Shown piece after piece: positions 26,245 to 39,300 of a stretch of DNA of 64,000 bases. Location of the stretch: assembly GCA_000934665.2 (NCBI GenBank), contig JYFJ02002021.1, positions 1 through 64,000 on the forward strand, in the 5' to 3' direction. The notes under the pieces were generated by a model. That model saw only the letters and a list, made by a program, of their open reading frames with translations. It had not been told where the DNA came from and made no database searches. Both the position numbers and the translations under genes were made by a program. The DNA comes from Catajapyx aquilonaris (lineage: Eukaryota). Position 1 is the first letter of the stretch; every line of letters starts with the position of its first letter.

Positions 26245-26774
26245 GAGTCTGGATTTTTAGGCACAACAAAACCTTGAAATAGGCACAAAAATTTCACTTT
26301 TGCGGGCATATGGAGGATAATGTTACAGAAACTAATAAAGCTAGACAAATTTTATAGGTCTCAAGTAACCAGAGCAAAAACCGAATAACAACGACAAACT
26401 GACAGAAAATCATAAAACTTGGGCAAAAGCGATAGGTCAGTCATTAGCGACACTAATTACTTTGAACGATTTTGATCCTCTCAGGAGCACAAAAAATACT
26501 CCGCAAAAAAAAACGTGCCTTTGAAGGAATCAGTCCGCCCAAATAGTCCCGAAATTGCTTCTACAAGTTCAAAAACTATCCCAAAAAAGGCATGAAAAGT
26601 CACGAAAGGCCAGAATAGGCAAAATAGTTCCCAAAACCACTAAATAGGCAATTTTAGGCACCATAAAACCTACAATTTCCACATCCTGCACTTATGAAAC
26701 GGATAGATCTCATCTCGAAACCGTCCCAACCGTTCAGGAACTAAATAGGCATTTGCCTAAAAATCCGGACTCTA
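26245..26774. mobile_element. Non-autonomous hAT-like element with an 8-bp TSD
   Basis: Left GAGTCTGGATTTTTAGGCA at 26245; right TGCCTAAAAATCCGGACTCTA ending at 26774. Direct repeat ATCATAAC on both sides (26237-26244 and 26775-26782). Internal ATAGGCA subterminal motifs. Confidence 0.85.
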
Positions 26775-27459
26775 ATCATAACATGCTGTGTAATTTTTCG
26801 CCAGTGACTTACCGAGCACTTAATTTCAGATTTTTCACTAGATTTAACTTATGGCACTGCATTTCGCCTTTATTCAAATATGTAATGTTAGAGCGATGCG
26901 TACGATTACCAGCCTTACATAAGTACACTATAAAACTTAGCAGTATTACGGCCATGCCAAAGCAAGGCAGCCCAGTCACCAGAAAGCATTTATCCACAAG
27001 CTATGTCCGTGATTGGAATGATAGGGTGACTGACCTTCATCACCCTCCGGAAAACACCGAGTGGTGTCTTAACTATGGCAAATGGAAGGAATTAAAATTT
27101 ATGGTGGGCCAAATGTCAGATCCGTAGTGGAAATCTCGCTTTCACTTCTCCGATAACTGATGATGAAAATAGCTTGCGTTTAGATAAATGCTAATCGCTA
27201 ATGATTGAGCTACCTCATTTACATGCAGCCTACGACTAGGGGAGGGCTATAATAGTCCTCTGTAAGCCCTTGGGACTCCTACACCATAAGCAACTGGAGA
27301 GATTTCTTCTTTTTTGGATCATATTGTGCAGAGAAAAGGGATGTCTGTCAGGAGACCCCCTCGTCACAAAAACTGGGTGTTGGCCTAGAAGGTAAAAGCT
27401 TTCCTTGCATGTTACGTTTCAAAAGACAAACGTTGCGAAGTAGTGGTACCTGTGATTCC

Positions 27460-29650
27460 TCAGTGTCCCCAGTAGGGTGACACATGGACATTGAGCATAG
27501 CAAGCTTGTACTGCTTGTCGGTGAGCATACTCCACTGGTAGCCCAGAATCTGTGAGACCTCCTTTTCCATGGCCTCATAAGAGCGAGCGGATCTGCACAA
27601 CCACGAATAAAAATCTGCACTCCAATCAGGGCTGCGGGGCCAATCAGCTCGCAGGATCACGGCATTGCGACGCACGTAGAAGTAACGCAGGTTGCTGGCA
27701 GAGTAAGCCATCAGGAGGACTGTGGCTGTGGACAATTTCTCACGTACCATCTGTTGCGGGTTTCGGAGAGAAAAAATGGGATGAAAAGACAAAAAAGCTA
27801 GCACATTTTCATGTCTAATATTGGTCAATGTAAATAAGAGCTTTGTTAGACCTTTTTTTACTTTGGCTTATCAATAACACCACATAATATCATCAAAAGC
27901 AGCATCGATTAGCAAAATTAAGTAAGCGCAACTCACGGCTGTTACACATTCAGCTAGACTTTACCTTGTGCCATGAAACATAAACTCATGCTTCATGGTG
28001 GAATTAGTGACAACTCATGCCAGTTAGCACATGTATGCCACAGCCAGAGGCAGTACCAGTGTATGCAGGAAAGGACACTGCCTGCACAACATAACCAGAG
28101 TGGAATCCACTCTGTCGTGGAAGGACTTGTGCATGTGGAAGCGTGGCAGTCCTCTGTGGGCGTACACCTCCAGGTCGCCTTTGTACATGTCCGTCACCAT
28201 CATCACCGACTCAGCCGTGGTCTACGCGAATAGAAAATAGTCATGAACATCGTTAATATGTCTGCAAGAGCATTCCTTACCCTAGTGTACGAAGAGTCAT
28301 AAATGATGGACTTGACTGGTGCCCTCTCCTGCCAAATGACCTCTCTGTGAACCTTCCCTTTGGATTCAAGGTGTACTCGAAGCCTCGGATTATTCTGCCT
28401 ACACTCCTGCCAAGCCTTGCGACTGACAGACACGCCTCCTTCTGTGTAGCTGTTCTGGAGTATGTGTAGGTTCTCCAAGGCAGTGTTACCCAACAGTTGC
28501 ACCAGTTCATCACCGAGATTCTGCGGACTTATCACCAGAACCTGCCAATGCAAAGTTTTACACTTGGTATATTAATTTTGCATTTCCTCGGTAAATCCCA
28601 GGAAGGACAAATTGAAGCCGAACCTTCAGGTTAACAAAAACTCCAGGATGCAGAAGCTGCAGCTGTGTCCTGGTGGCATTGATGAGAGTTAGCGTCTTCA
28701 GTGTCTCGCAACAGACGTAGCAGACCTCGTCCAGGAGATGATTAGCCTCATGAACATCGAGCAAAAGATCGGTCAGTTCCAGATGCTTCAGGTGAGTCAG
28801 GTTGCCCATCAGTCTCTTGAGTGCCTCCAGCAGCTTTCCGCCAGTGCCGTACACCAGCTGCTCTTTGCGGGTGGCCATGTTGCATGAGAAGGTGTACTTG
28901 AGGCTGTTGACGCGAAGTCCTGTCTCATGACGCTCTACCATGTATGACATCATGTTCATAAACTCGTACAAGTTAAAGAAGTTCCACATCGGAGTGAACA
29001 CCAGGCAGCGGAAATTCTTTCCCACGCGGAACAAGCATACCTGAGAAAGACAAATTTAATGCTAGATGCATAATGATACGCTGGAATCTCTCGCTAACCT
29101 GTGTCCTAAAGTGGTCCAACACCGACTGCCAACCAGTGTAGTAATTATATTTGTGTCGAGTCAAAGTGTTATCCTCAAGAATGAAGCACGACCAAACCCG
29201 AGGCAAATAAAAGATGCGATTCCAACCGCGGCACACCATGGACGCATAATACCTCTGCTGGATAGTTAAGTGGGCAAATATCTTCTCCATTATCAGATCC
29301 GGAAGGTACGCCCATCCACCGTACTCCATATTCTCCCCATCAATTCTGTCATTATCCTCAACATCTATGTACACCGCTGGGATAAAATATATTCAGATTA
29401 CTTCTGGTGTACGTAACAATTATCCATTAATTTGAACGTTGCTATGGTTTTAATATTCATATTGTAGCTGATGCATGACACTTTGATAAAGTGCCAGATA
29501 AATATTGGGAGAGCAAATCATACCCTTCTCTTGACTGTCAACCTTCCAAACAGCGTTTGACGAAGTAGAGGACCGACGTCTCTCCTTAGTCTCATCGGGC
29601 ACTTTCTTCTCCTTCTTCTTCAACGGCTTCTTGCCCGCAGGTACAGACAT
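27460..29650 (-). CDS. F-box protein, FBXO39-like (F-box plus LRR-like repeats)
   Basis: Exons (minus) 29650-29524, 29376-29099, 29040-28624, 28541-28281, 28221-28057, 27750-27460. F-box WAYLPDLIMEKIFAHL...ASMVCRGW; LRR-like LKHLELTDL, LKTLTLIN, LENLHILQN. The start codon is uncertain. Confidence 0.8.
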
Positions 29651-29910
29651 CTTCAGTACTTCCAGCACAAAAGCTGCACTATCATCCCAATAATGCGGAT
29701 CTGCACTGTAAAACAATCAATCAGCATTAAATTTAAAATTTAAATTTTCCTTTGGAAGTGCCCAATCAAGTTATAATTGAATGCCTATAATAGCCAGATG
29801 GGAATGATGTTTGTTTGAGATTAAAATATAAATCCATTGCACAATTAGAGAATTAGTTTTTCAAGGCGGTTACAATAATTGTTATTTCTCGGCACTCACT
29901 TTCGGTACAG

Positions 29911-30031
29911 TTTCACCGAGCTCGGTATATGATAAAAACCGGCGGGTTGTTTTTCTCCAGAAAATCCATCCAAATATGTAGGGATTTTCCGAAAGAAATC
30001 TGGTTTTATCATATCCCAAGCTCGGTGAAAC
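29911..30031. mobile_element. Palindromic MITE-like element
   Basis: GTTTCACCGAGCTCGGTATATGATAAAAACC (from 29911) is inverted to GGTTTTATCATATCCCAAGCTCGGTGAAAC (to 30031). Confidence 0.55.
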
Positions 30032-30627
30032 CGGTCCTTATACCGAGCTCAGTATATTATAGATCCATGTTTCTTTTCGAAAGATCCTCAGCTTTCATTG
30101 TTGACAACAATGGTTGCTATTGCATAACCGATAAGGTATATTCACATGCAAAGCAAGACACTTAATCATGCGCTGTACACATGACAACAACTACCCGTAC
30201 TGCTTTATAATTAAGTTATGACATGCCGAGTGACATGCTCATGCTAATTACATCCAAACTGTTACATGCAATGATATTACCAAATTTTTAACTTTCAAAG
30301 TGTGGAGGGGTGGCAAATAAAGGACAAAACGCACACCTTTCCTTCCAACCCACAAGGTCAAAATCCTTTCCAACAAAAATTCTATTTTTGGTCCACCAAC
30401 ATGGAAGCTGCCCTTTTTTTTTTTTAATTTCCTCCCACGGGTGTACATCCAACCGGCCTCCTTTTTTTTTTTCTTTCTCAAACATTACAATTAGCATAAC
30501 AGGTAGTAAAAATTCGCTCTGGTAAAAATTTCGGCAGTTCACTTTAACAGCTGGACCACCCGAAATAAAATGTAAAAAAAAAAAAACACACCGCATTTTC
30601 AACGAAAGATTTTAAAAAACCAAGCTG

Positions 30628-30749
30628 TGACGTCACCGCGTTTCTATTGGCTGCTCCAAAAATATCGATACGGGCTCTACACTTCCTGATTCAAACGAAT
30701 CACAACGCAATCGTGTGCAAATATCGATGTATCGTTTACACTATCGATA
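30628..30749. promoter_or_regulatory. Divergent promoter elements between the F-box gene and bora: CRE, CCAAT box and DRE
   Basis: TGACGTCA at 30628-30635, ATTGG at 30646, TATCGATA at 30663-30670 and 30742-30749, and a near-match TATCGATG at 30722. A probable 5'UTR donor AAG|GTAAGG lies at 30902. Confidence 0.7.
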
Positions 30750-31231
30750 TAGTGTAAGAACACGCCCACTTTTTTTTTTCTTTTTTTCCTTCCCCGAATG
30801 TTCCATTTCGGCCGGTGAAATATTCTCAGTTGGATTTGCGAATATTTTTTTTCCTCTGGCTTTTACTCCTTCAAGACTCTTGTTTGCTGGGCCACCGGGA
30901 AGGTAAGGTGTCCATCTTCGGTTCTGATGGAAGGGCGTGGACCCGGGGCGGCCCGTGGGCGCAGGAAATTCAAGGGTTTGCTGGATTCGAAGGGGGATTA
31001 ACGGTCGTTTTTTGAAGGGGGGGATTTAAATGGCGGCCTGTTCAAAACACGAGATTGTCTTCAAAATGGGTTTGCGGGTTATTTTGGGTCCGGGTTTTGT
31101 TCGAATTAGGGATGCGGGTACGGCGGAGGTTACATTGGAAAATTTGGGGTGAATTGGGGGCCATGACATGGGCCAAACATTTGGCCATAGTCTGCAGTAG
31201 ACGTTCGAATGAAATGGGGCCGCCACACAGC

Positions 31232-31233
<2 letters not shown>

Positions 31234-31277
<44 letters not shown>

Positions 31278-31373
31278 GCCACTAAGAGGGCCCATGGCCA
31301 TATCACAGGATAACAATAATTATAATAATAATAATAGCCACTAAGAGGGCCCATGGCCATATCACAGGATAAC

Positions 31374-31430
<57 letters not shown>

Positions 31431-31435
31431 GTAAT
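31234..31435. repeat. (TAA)n microsatellite interrupted by two identical ~38-bp units
   Basis: AGCCACTAAGAGGGCCCATGGCCATATCACAGGATAACA at 31277 and 31336, each embedded in TAA tracts. Confidence 0.9.
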
Positions 31436-31820
31436 AGGTAGCTTCACTGCAACTGTGAAAATTCTGCAATATTTGTGAATTGGTTGCGGCACATTGCGAC
31501 GTCAGCTTTTTACTAGCGGTGGCCATGCGTCTCGTGGTTTTTGATTGCCTCAACTTTTTGAAGGTTTCTAGGGTGCACGACCTGGTGCTGGTGCCAACAA
31601 TTTTTTTTTCTCGGAGGGTCGTACGTTAAGGCCGGCAAGTTTTCCTGTAAAGTGTTGGCAACAGGCCTTACGACATGATACTTGCCAGGCCCCCGCACGT
31701 GGTTAGCGGAATTCAAGATATACAATGTTTGGCTAACCTCGCTTTTTTTGTTTTCTTTTTGTGGCAGGATTGTAGTCTCCTGGTGTCCATTTTTTTTTTT
31801 CTAACCGTTGAATGTGATAT

Positions 31821-33176
31821 ATGGAGAACCTGGAGGATCGCCCAGTACCTTCGTCGCCTCGTAATCCGTTCCAAGATTTGTGCTCTGTTGTCAACAGTGG
31901 CAGTCAGTACCACAGCAGCAGTAGTAGTACCAAGGTCTATGGAGAGGGGAAGAAAAGCTCGCCCGAACATGCTCCAAAGGAGCACTTCAAGACACCCAAC
32001 AGTAGCCGTGGGGCGAATGGAAAGGTGCGTCCTGTACATAAGTCCCGCAATCCATTTGAGGTGGGTTTGCTGGACAGGCTCGGCAAGGAGATTTGGAGTC
32101 CGTCTGTCACTGACACCAGCCCATCTAATGACGAGGTAAGAACATAAGTTGTGTAATATTGCGGATTGTAGGTAACAACTACTGATGCTTCTTCCAGGGC
32201 AAACCGTTCCGGTGGCCAATAGAGCACCTTGCGGCCATCTGCCCCGTAGCAATCGATCCCTCCCTGCATGTGTCCGAGTCTCCGAGAGATCCTGCAATGG
32301 AGTCGCAAGCACAGGTTGTCATCCAAAAGTTTTTTGACACCACGCAACTGGTGCCCAGCCCCGTGGACGATCCAGTCAACGGCGTGACCTGCCGCAAAGG
32401 TGTTTCTCTGCTGATGTCAAATGAATCGGAAGAACTGCTTTCTCCGTACTTGAACTTTGCACGTGACCAGACCAAAGCTGCATCACTGGAGAGGCTGCCC
32501 TCCTCGCAGGAGTCCACCCTGAGACGGAAGTTGTTCCGACACAGCGACGCACTGGCGTCTCCAAGGCGGCCTCGGAGGCGGACTGGGAGCGACTCGGAAA
32601 TCACCCCTATTCGGGATCAGTTCTCCTCCAGCCCGATATTCAAAGAAGGGTTCCGCACTTCCACGACTCCTCCCCCATCTGCACTGACGACCCCACCCAT
32701 CTCGCCCATTGGAAAGTCCCCGGCTTCTCTCAGCGAAGGGGTCACCAGGCTTCAGAGCAGCAGCAGCGAGCTAGGAGGTAAGTTAATGGGCTCTCCCTGA
32801 GTGAAGGTGTTTTCACGCATTATATTTGACCTTTTCAGGTTCGGAGCATGACCATTGCGAGGACGGTTCTGCTCAGGGCAACTGCACCGTGGATATGTCC
32901 CACTGCTGCGAGTCGGAAGATTGCGAGATGGAGGTGGTGGAAGAGGAGGCAACGGCGCGTGATGTGAGCATGGTGGGTGACTCGACGGCCTTCAGGGACA
33001 CGGGCTACCAGACAAGCAGCTTCAGTCGTGACTGCCTGCCGAACACTTTGTCCATGCAATACTCGGAGTCCATGATGGAAGGGGTGGAAAGCAATATGTA
33101 CCAAACCAGCCACACCAAAGGCTGGGGACTACCACAGAGCTCGTCCACTCCAAGCAACGAGGGACATCTGTGGTGA
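31821..33176 (+). CDS. bora: Protein aurora borealis
   Basis: Exons 31821-32135, 32198-32777, 32839-33176. RNPFE..L...IWSPSV, FRWPIEHLAAICPVAID, ESQAQVVIQKFF....VPSP, LRRKLF, QFSSSP, TPPISPI and the DTGYQT degron-like motif. Confidence 0.88.
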
Positions 33177-33287
33177 CCTTACACATTCTATATAATCATG
33201 ACGAGTCTCGTTTGACCATTTCGTATGATTCTTTTCTTGTTCAGGGTTTTTTTTTTTTCTTATACCTGTATTTTTTCTTTACAATGT

Positions 33288-33300
33288 AATAAAGTTTATT
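33288..33300. terminator. Bidirectional poly(A) signal AATAAA-G-TTTATT between convergent bora and INTS1
   Basis: AATAAA on + at 33288-33293 and on - at 33300-33295, lying between the stop codons at 33176 (+) and 33324 (-). Confidence 0.7.
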
Positions 33301-33323
33301 CCTTGCGTCCCACAATACACTGT

Positions 33324-36300
33324 TCAGTATCCATTTTGCATGTTCAGCAGCAGAAGAGTGCGGATTATCAGGGGGCATGTACTGAGGCTTCCGTACACTC
33401 CCAACGTGAAAGCTTTTTGCAGCAGCATTGTTGCATCTTCTGTAAATGGAAACGTAGCATTAGGATTTTCCCAACCGGCTAGTCACATCCCGCATTACCT
33501 TGTGCCAAAATTGCGAAATCTGGTAACTTTGCAAGTGCTATGTCGACCAAGCTAGCGTCTTGGGAGTCGAGGCATCGCATGAAGGTGTCGACGTACTGTC
33601 CGGCTTCTCCAGGGCAGTGCAGCAAGTGGCGCATCAGCAGGGAGAAAGCCGTGGACCTTACAGACTCCCCCCAGTGGCTAACTAGCTTCTTGAGTGATCC
33701 TGCGAAGGGAAGTAACACACTGGGACGCATTTTGGACATGCTGTCCAACTCCTGCAGTACGGCCATGACGTCCTCGGGATTGCTGCCGCTGCGGCACAAC
33801 TTTGTGTACAGAGGTGCAGTCTGTTGGTGCATCCATTCGTCTGGATGTGGCGCTGAGAGTGCGGATGCAGTTAGGACCACGGGGGGCAAACTTGGGTCGG
33901 AGTCACCGTCTGTTTTAGGTACCACAGCGCCAGACACTAATGCCCTCAGGCTTGGCATCTCAGGATATACTCTCAGCAGCCTGGTGAGGATGTCACCATT
34001 CCGTCGCACAAATGCAAGTGCACGGGTTGGGTCATGCGAGACGTAGTTTTGAAGAACACCCACCAGTCGACTGAGGAGGACGCCCAGATCAGTAGGATAG
34101 GAATGGTGGCGGTCATTGTGGTACGCATGGTGGCGGTACAAGTCCATGTACGAGTTGAGCGTCTCTTCCAGGGCTTCTCCATATTGCAGCCAGAATATAT
34201 GCGGCTGGAGGAGCTCAACCAGACCCAGGACGTAGCTGAACAGGTTCAGATGGTTGCGTGACCTGCATATGAATAATGAAGCTGTAATGATCGAATTGTA
34301 ATGGCAATTCGATGGCAGCTCACCTGAATATTCCGTAGTCCAAGTGAACTCGTCCATGCAACGAGATTGCCATCATGGGCAGGTGCCTCAGGAAGAGTAT
34401 GGGATGCGACGCAGCCATCTTCCGTGCAACCATGTCCACTTCCTTCATACGATGGCCCCACTCCTTCCCTGGTTGCGTGGTCGTCAACAGGCTGAGAATA
34501 GCATGCAGCATGAAGTCGAGAAAGCAGCCGCTCGACTCTGTCCATCTGGCCTCCTTCAGAAATGCGTCCCTGCCTGCGACTCGAGACAATACACGTGGGA
34601 CCTGCAGGTACAACTGAAGCAAGAGCTGGACTGCCATTTCTTTGTTCTCCCCACTTTTCCAGAGGGCAGCCATCCTGTCGACCACTTCCTCCAGGGGCTC
34701 CAGCCTCTCTTGACAGCAACGTAGAAGGAGACGGGTTCGGGTCTCCATGGCTTCCAGGGCACTGCGACGTCCCGCAGGTGACCCATCGTCCAATATGGAA
34801 GCCTCCTCCAAGATATACTCAGCCAGAAAGACCAGTCTGGAGCTATCCAGACACAGGACGTCCTCAGGGCTACGATGCTTCGGAATGTATTTGTCACGCC
34901 CCTGCCACAACTTTTGGTTTGTTGTGCAATTGGACAGGACATCCAATACAGATGTCGGGTCAAATCTGTCGAAAAGGCAAATAAAAATTACTTATGAATC
35001 AGTTTCAGTTTCAGTGATGCAACTCACTCCTTGTTGCATTCTCGCAGAAGGTTGGTGATGCATGTGTCGAGTGCATTCCAGCTGGCTCGGTGAGTGAGGA
35101 GGCTGAGCAGGTACGGCCTGAAAGACGCATCTCTCCTCCTCGAGAACAGAAGCCCCATCTGGGTACTGGGGCAGCATCGGATCATCTCCGGATCAAGGAC
35201 CTCCAGCCAATCTATGTAGAGTCCAGTACGGCTCACTAGTTCAGGTGGTGATGAGGACGAGTGGTTATCCAGCAAGAGGTGGCACACTCCTTCCACTAGA
35301 CGTCCACTCTGATTGCTGCTCATTCCTTCCTCAATCACCTTCCATCCGCGACGCTCCAGTCGAAGTAATGCAGTACTTTGGAGATCTAAAGTGGACAGTG
35401 TTACATACATACATGAGATGACCAGGACACCAATAGCTCACCTTCTGCCATGTCTGTTGCAGACTCAATCTGAGGAACAGGAGAGTGCTTCTTTGGTTGA
35501 AACTGAATTGAAAACTTCTTAAGCATGCGGAAAACCGGAGAGGTTGTCATGTTTGGGAGGAGCAGTAGCTTGCGACTCAGCTCTAACATGCGAGTCATCT
35601 CCATGGAATCCTTCATCTCCACGGAATTCTGAATTGAAAATAAAAGCACGCTGTTAGTGCATTATAATACCTCACCAACAGTGATTGAAATGAATGCGGT
35701 TGTCATGTCACTCTAGGAGCAAATAAATGGTTTAAAAAATGGATTCTGTGTATTCGCAAGACTCCTTGAAAATATACTTACGCATCCTGCGATTAGCATA
35801 CGGAAGAATGCGCTTGCAAAGTTGGGCATCTTGACCACCCGCTTCGCAAACCCAGCTTGGTCTTGATCCATGGTCACTTCGGTCACTCTCAGACATGCAC
35901 TCAGAACAGGTCTTTCCTTCTGCTTGTTTCCGACCATCTCCCTGTGCAGGGCCATCTGCAGTGTCCTCAATGCTCCGTATTTATCCGGTGCGCCCTGGTC
36001 AAATATATTTCCCACCAGTTCTTCCACCTGAAATACAGACAGACTCTCCTCTTCCTTCTTACACACTTCCATCTTGATCGAATGAGCAGGCAGAGATGAT
36101 TTGCTTGAAGTTTCTTCCGCTGCCTTTTCCGAGAGAAGCGGCTTGGTTTCCTGGAGCTGCAGCATATCTACAAAGCGTTGGCCCCCCGATGCCCCTCGTT
36201 TCCACTGGACCTCCACAAGCTGAGCCATGTAAGTCTTGTCCATCACTTCCTCGCTAACAGCAACATGGTTGGTTTCTACTGCTTGATCCAGTGTGTGGAG

Positions 36301-39300
36301 CAGCTGGCTGGTGTGAGAAACATTCAGGAAACAAACAGGTGACATTCGATTAGATTCTCCTACTCCCTTAGAGTACAATGCAAGACTTGCTTGTGGTGTA
36401 CGAATAAAACTAACCTCATAGACGAGACTGGTATCCCAAAGGACTGTATAAACAGCACAAGCTGCGCTGGCTCCAAGTCCCTCAGAGCGGCGTCCACAAG
36501 AACGAGAACATTTGACCGGATCATTCTAAGCTTCAGCCAGTCGTAGAAGAGGAGAGCTTCATCTGCCGTATCGACCAAGAAGGCTTTAGGGGCCTCCTGA
36601 TGGGTAGGAAACCACATTTCCAGAAGCTGGTTGGACAAGCTCGGATCTGAAACGATGGATTGAAATTAGGGACATTTGGGAGCAACAATCGAGACGTTTC
36701 ATTGCAGCTTGCACTGAAGCTGATAAAGCGTTAATCATCCGTCACCTCCAATAGGTCCATAAGTGAGCAGGATGACCATTGCATGTACCACAAGTATGTG
36801 CATGGTGGCCTCCTCTCCAGTGCTCCAGTGGACTCGAATCTGGTCCTGGTTCTCAGACCAAGTCACAGCTTCACGGCTTGGCTCCCTCGCCTGCAAAATA
36901 ATTGCACCATTTCCATTTACTTCAACTTTCCAGTCCCACTCCACTTTAGGCGAACCATGACTATACGAAGCACATTTCATGTTTTCTCGCATGTTCCGCT
37001 CTCACCTTCTGCATGTAGAGAACAAATATTCCTAGAAACGATTGCAGTGTCTCGATGGCAGCCGGCTCATTCTTGCTACTGTCGACGGAAGGCAGAATGG
37101 CAGATGTGAGGGTGCTCCTCTCCACGATCAACTGAGCCATGTCCAGCACAAGATCAGACAAGTCCTGGATCGGGTCGTTGATGGCATGGCGAGCCAGAAA
37201 CTGGATGTATGCCCCAACTGCTTGCGGATCATGCTCAACTTGGCATGCATTTCGCAAGGAGTGTATCACCTAAAATGGATTGCGCTAGGAATATTCTGCC
37301 AGTTTTATTGCATGATTGCGAGCATGCTAAATATGTACCTGTCCGCATATCACTGAGAAATGGGGAAGGAGAGGAAGGTAAGTAAGCAACCAGGCGTGAG
37401 GATGCTGTGATTGCTGAGGATGCTGCGTCTGTTGCCCAACCCCAACTCCTGGAGGTTCTTCACCTTCCGTGCTTGTGTCTAGCAGCTCTGTCTCTTCATC
37501 CTGCGTTGGACCTTGCACCACACCTGATGGTCCTAATACTGCCTTCAGTCCCCTCACGGCCTGGATCCTGCTCGACATCTGTTCAGAGCTCAGTCTCCGT
37601 AAAAAGTAATCCAGCACATCAGCACAGATCTGCGGATCTTGAGATGCATCTCGGAGCATACCCTGGAACGAATAAAATGTTATGCTACTTGTACGTAGAA
37701 GGACAGTATGGGCAGCCTACCTGTAAGTGTGACACTAGCTGCTGCTGCTTCCTTTGCTTTTCCTGCAACCGTATGTTCTTCTCTGCAGCCTTCCCTCCTG
37801 CGGCAGTCCCTCCAGCAGCAATTTGCAACTCTTCGTTTTCCAGTGCTGCCTGCATATCCTCGTTCATAAGAAACTCACACAAGCATTGAACTGGCAGCAG
37901 GCTGAATGAACCCTCACTGGATTCAACCAGGTCAGCCAGCCACGGCATGGACTGGGAGGTACCCTGACGTTGGATTATATCCAGAAGGAAATCTGGGCTG
38001 CGGCTGCGACACAACAGGTGACCCAACTTCAGCGTCGAGTTCAGGGCCTTCAGCTGGTCAAGAATGCCTGGTGGTGGCTTACGTGCTATACCCACCGGGT
38101 CCAGTGTTGTTAGCTGTAACAAATTATTATTAATAACATATTGTTGTACATTTGTTTCCAAAAGGAACATTGTGTACCTGTGAGAGTAGCAGAGACGTCT
38201 GTTCTGTAATAGTGGCTTGTGTAGATGCAGCGGCAAGATGTCCCTCAAAGCCTAAAATTTCTTGCTTTTCTACTGCTGCCAGCTGCAGTTCCTTGCTCCT
38301 GAGCTCCTCTACCTGTTCCCTGCTGGCCATTGTCGGAGGTGGAAAGTTGAAGTGGCTGCAAAAGGAAAATCTCGCAAAAATGTTTGAACGATCAAAAAGC
38401 AACACTGCTTAACTCACTTTGTGATGCACATTTCCATGAAGGCTCGGAGAGTGGAGTAATTCTCCCAGGCCACAGAGCCAAAAGTGTATGGATTGTGTGC
38501 GGATAAAATCAGCAGCATTATCCAAGCCTTCCAGTACAGATTGGTTATGGCCAGCTTTGGAGGTTGGTAGCTTGAAAAAAAAAAGTGCAAATGAATGTAA
38601 ATAACGTTACGACTGCAAAATTAAATAATTACCCGGTAGGAAGTGTGATATTTTCAGGATGATGGTAGGTACAAAGGTTGAAAATCAGATCAATGAGATC
38701 CATCTTGTCAGCCATTAGAACAGGAAATCCTTCGCTACACAGAGTCGCAGCACGTTTGATCAGCTGGTCCCCAAGTTCCAATGCGTCAGGGGCACTCAAA
38801 GGGTGATTCTACCAATAAAAATGGCATTCCCATTACACCTTTTGTTGTGCCAACAAAGCAGTTCGTCACTATCCGCCAAGACACGTACCTTCGACAACCC
38901 GATAATAAATAGCTGAACAAGAGTGTTCTGGAGCACTGGAACTTCCGAAGCAAGTCGAAGCATAAGCTGCCTTTCGTTCTCAGGTGGCCATGGATCTTTG
39001 TTGAAATATACTTCAGGCTGTTCTCGAAATAATACCTGAAATGAAGTACAAGTGTGATGATGAACTTGCTTGTACCATGACAAGTACATATAATCCTCGT
39101 ACAATGCCCTAGTTTAGCAGCTTACCTTGTGTAAGTTGTGTATAAATTCCCTTCTTCCAGGTCTGTACATTCTTAGGGCAACAACATGAAGCCAGTGAAC
39201 TGCTTCCTGCTGGATGTTGGCTACGAGTTTCTGGAACGTCTATTAGGATACCAGAGAAAAAAAAAATGGCAGTAAGCATTAGGCAACAAAATGTTTTCTG

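Noticed and set aside
31026..31553. Poly-Tyr, poly-Ile and poly-Asn ORFs
   Set aside because: Translations of the (TAA)n microsatellite.
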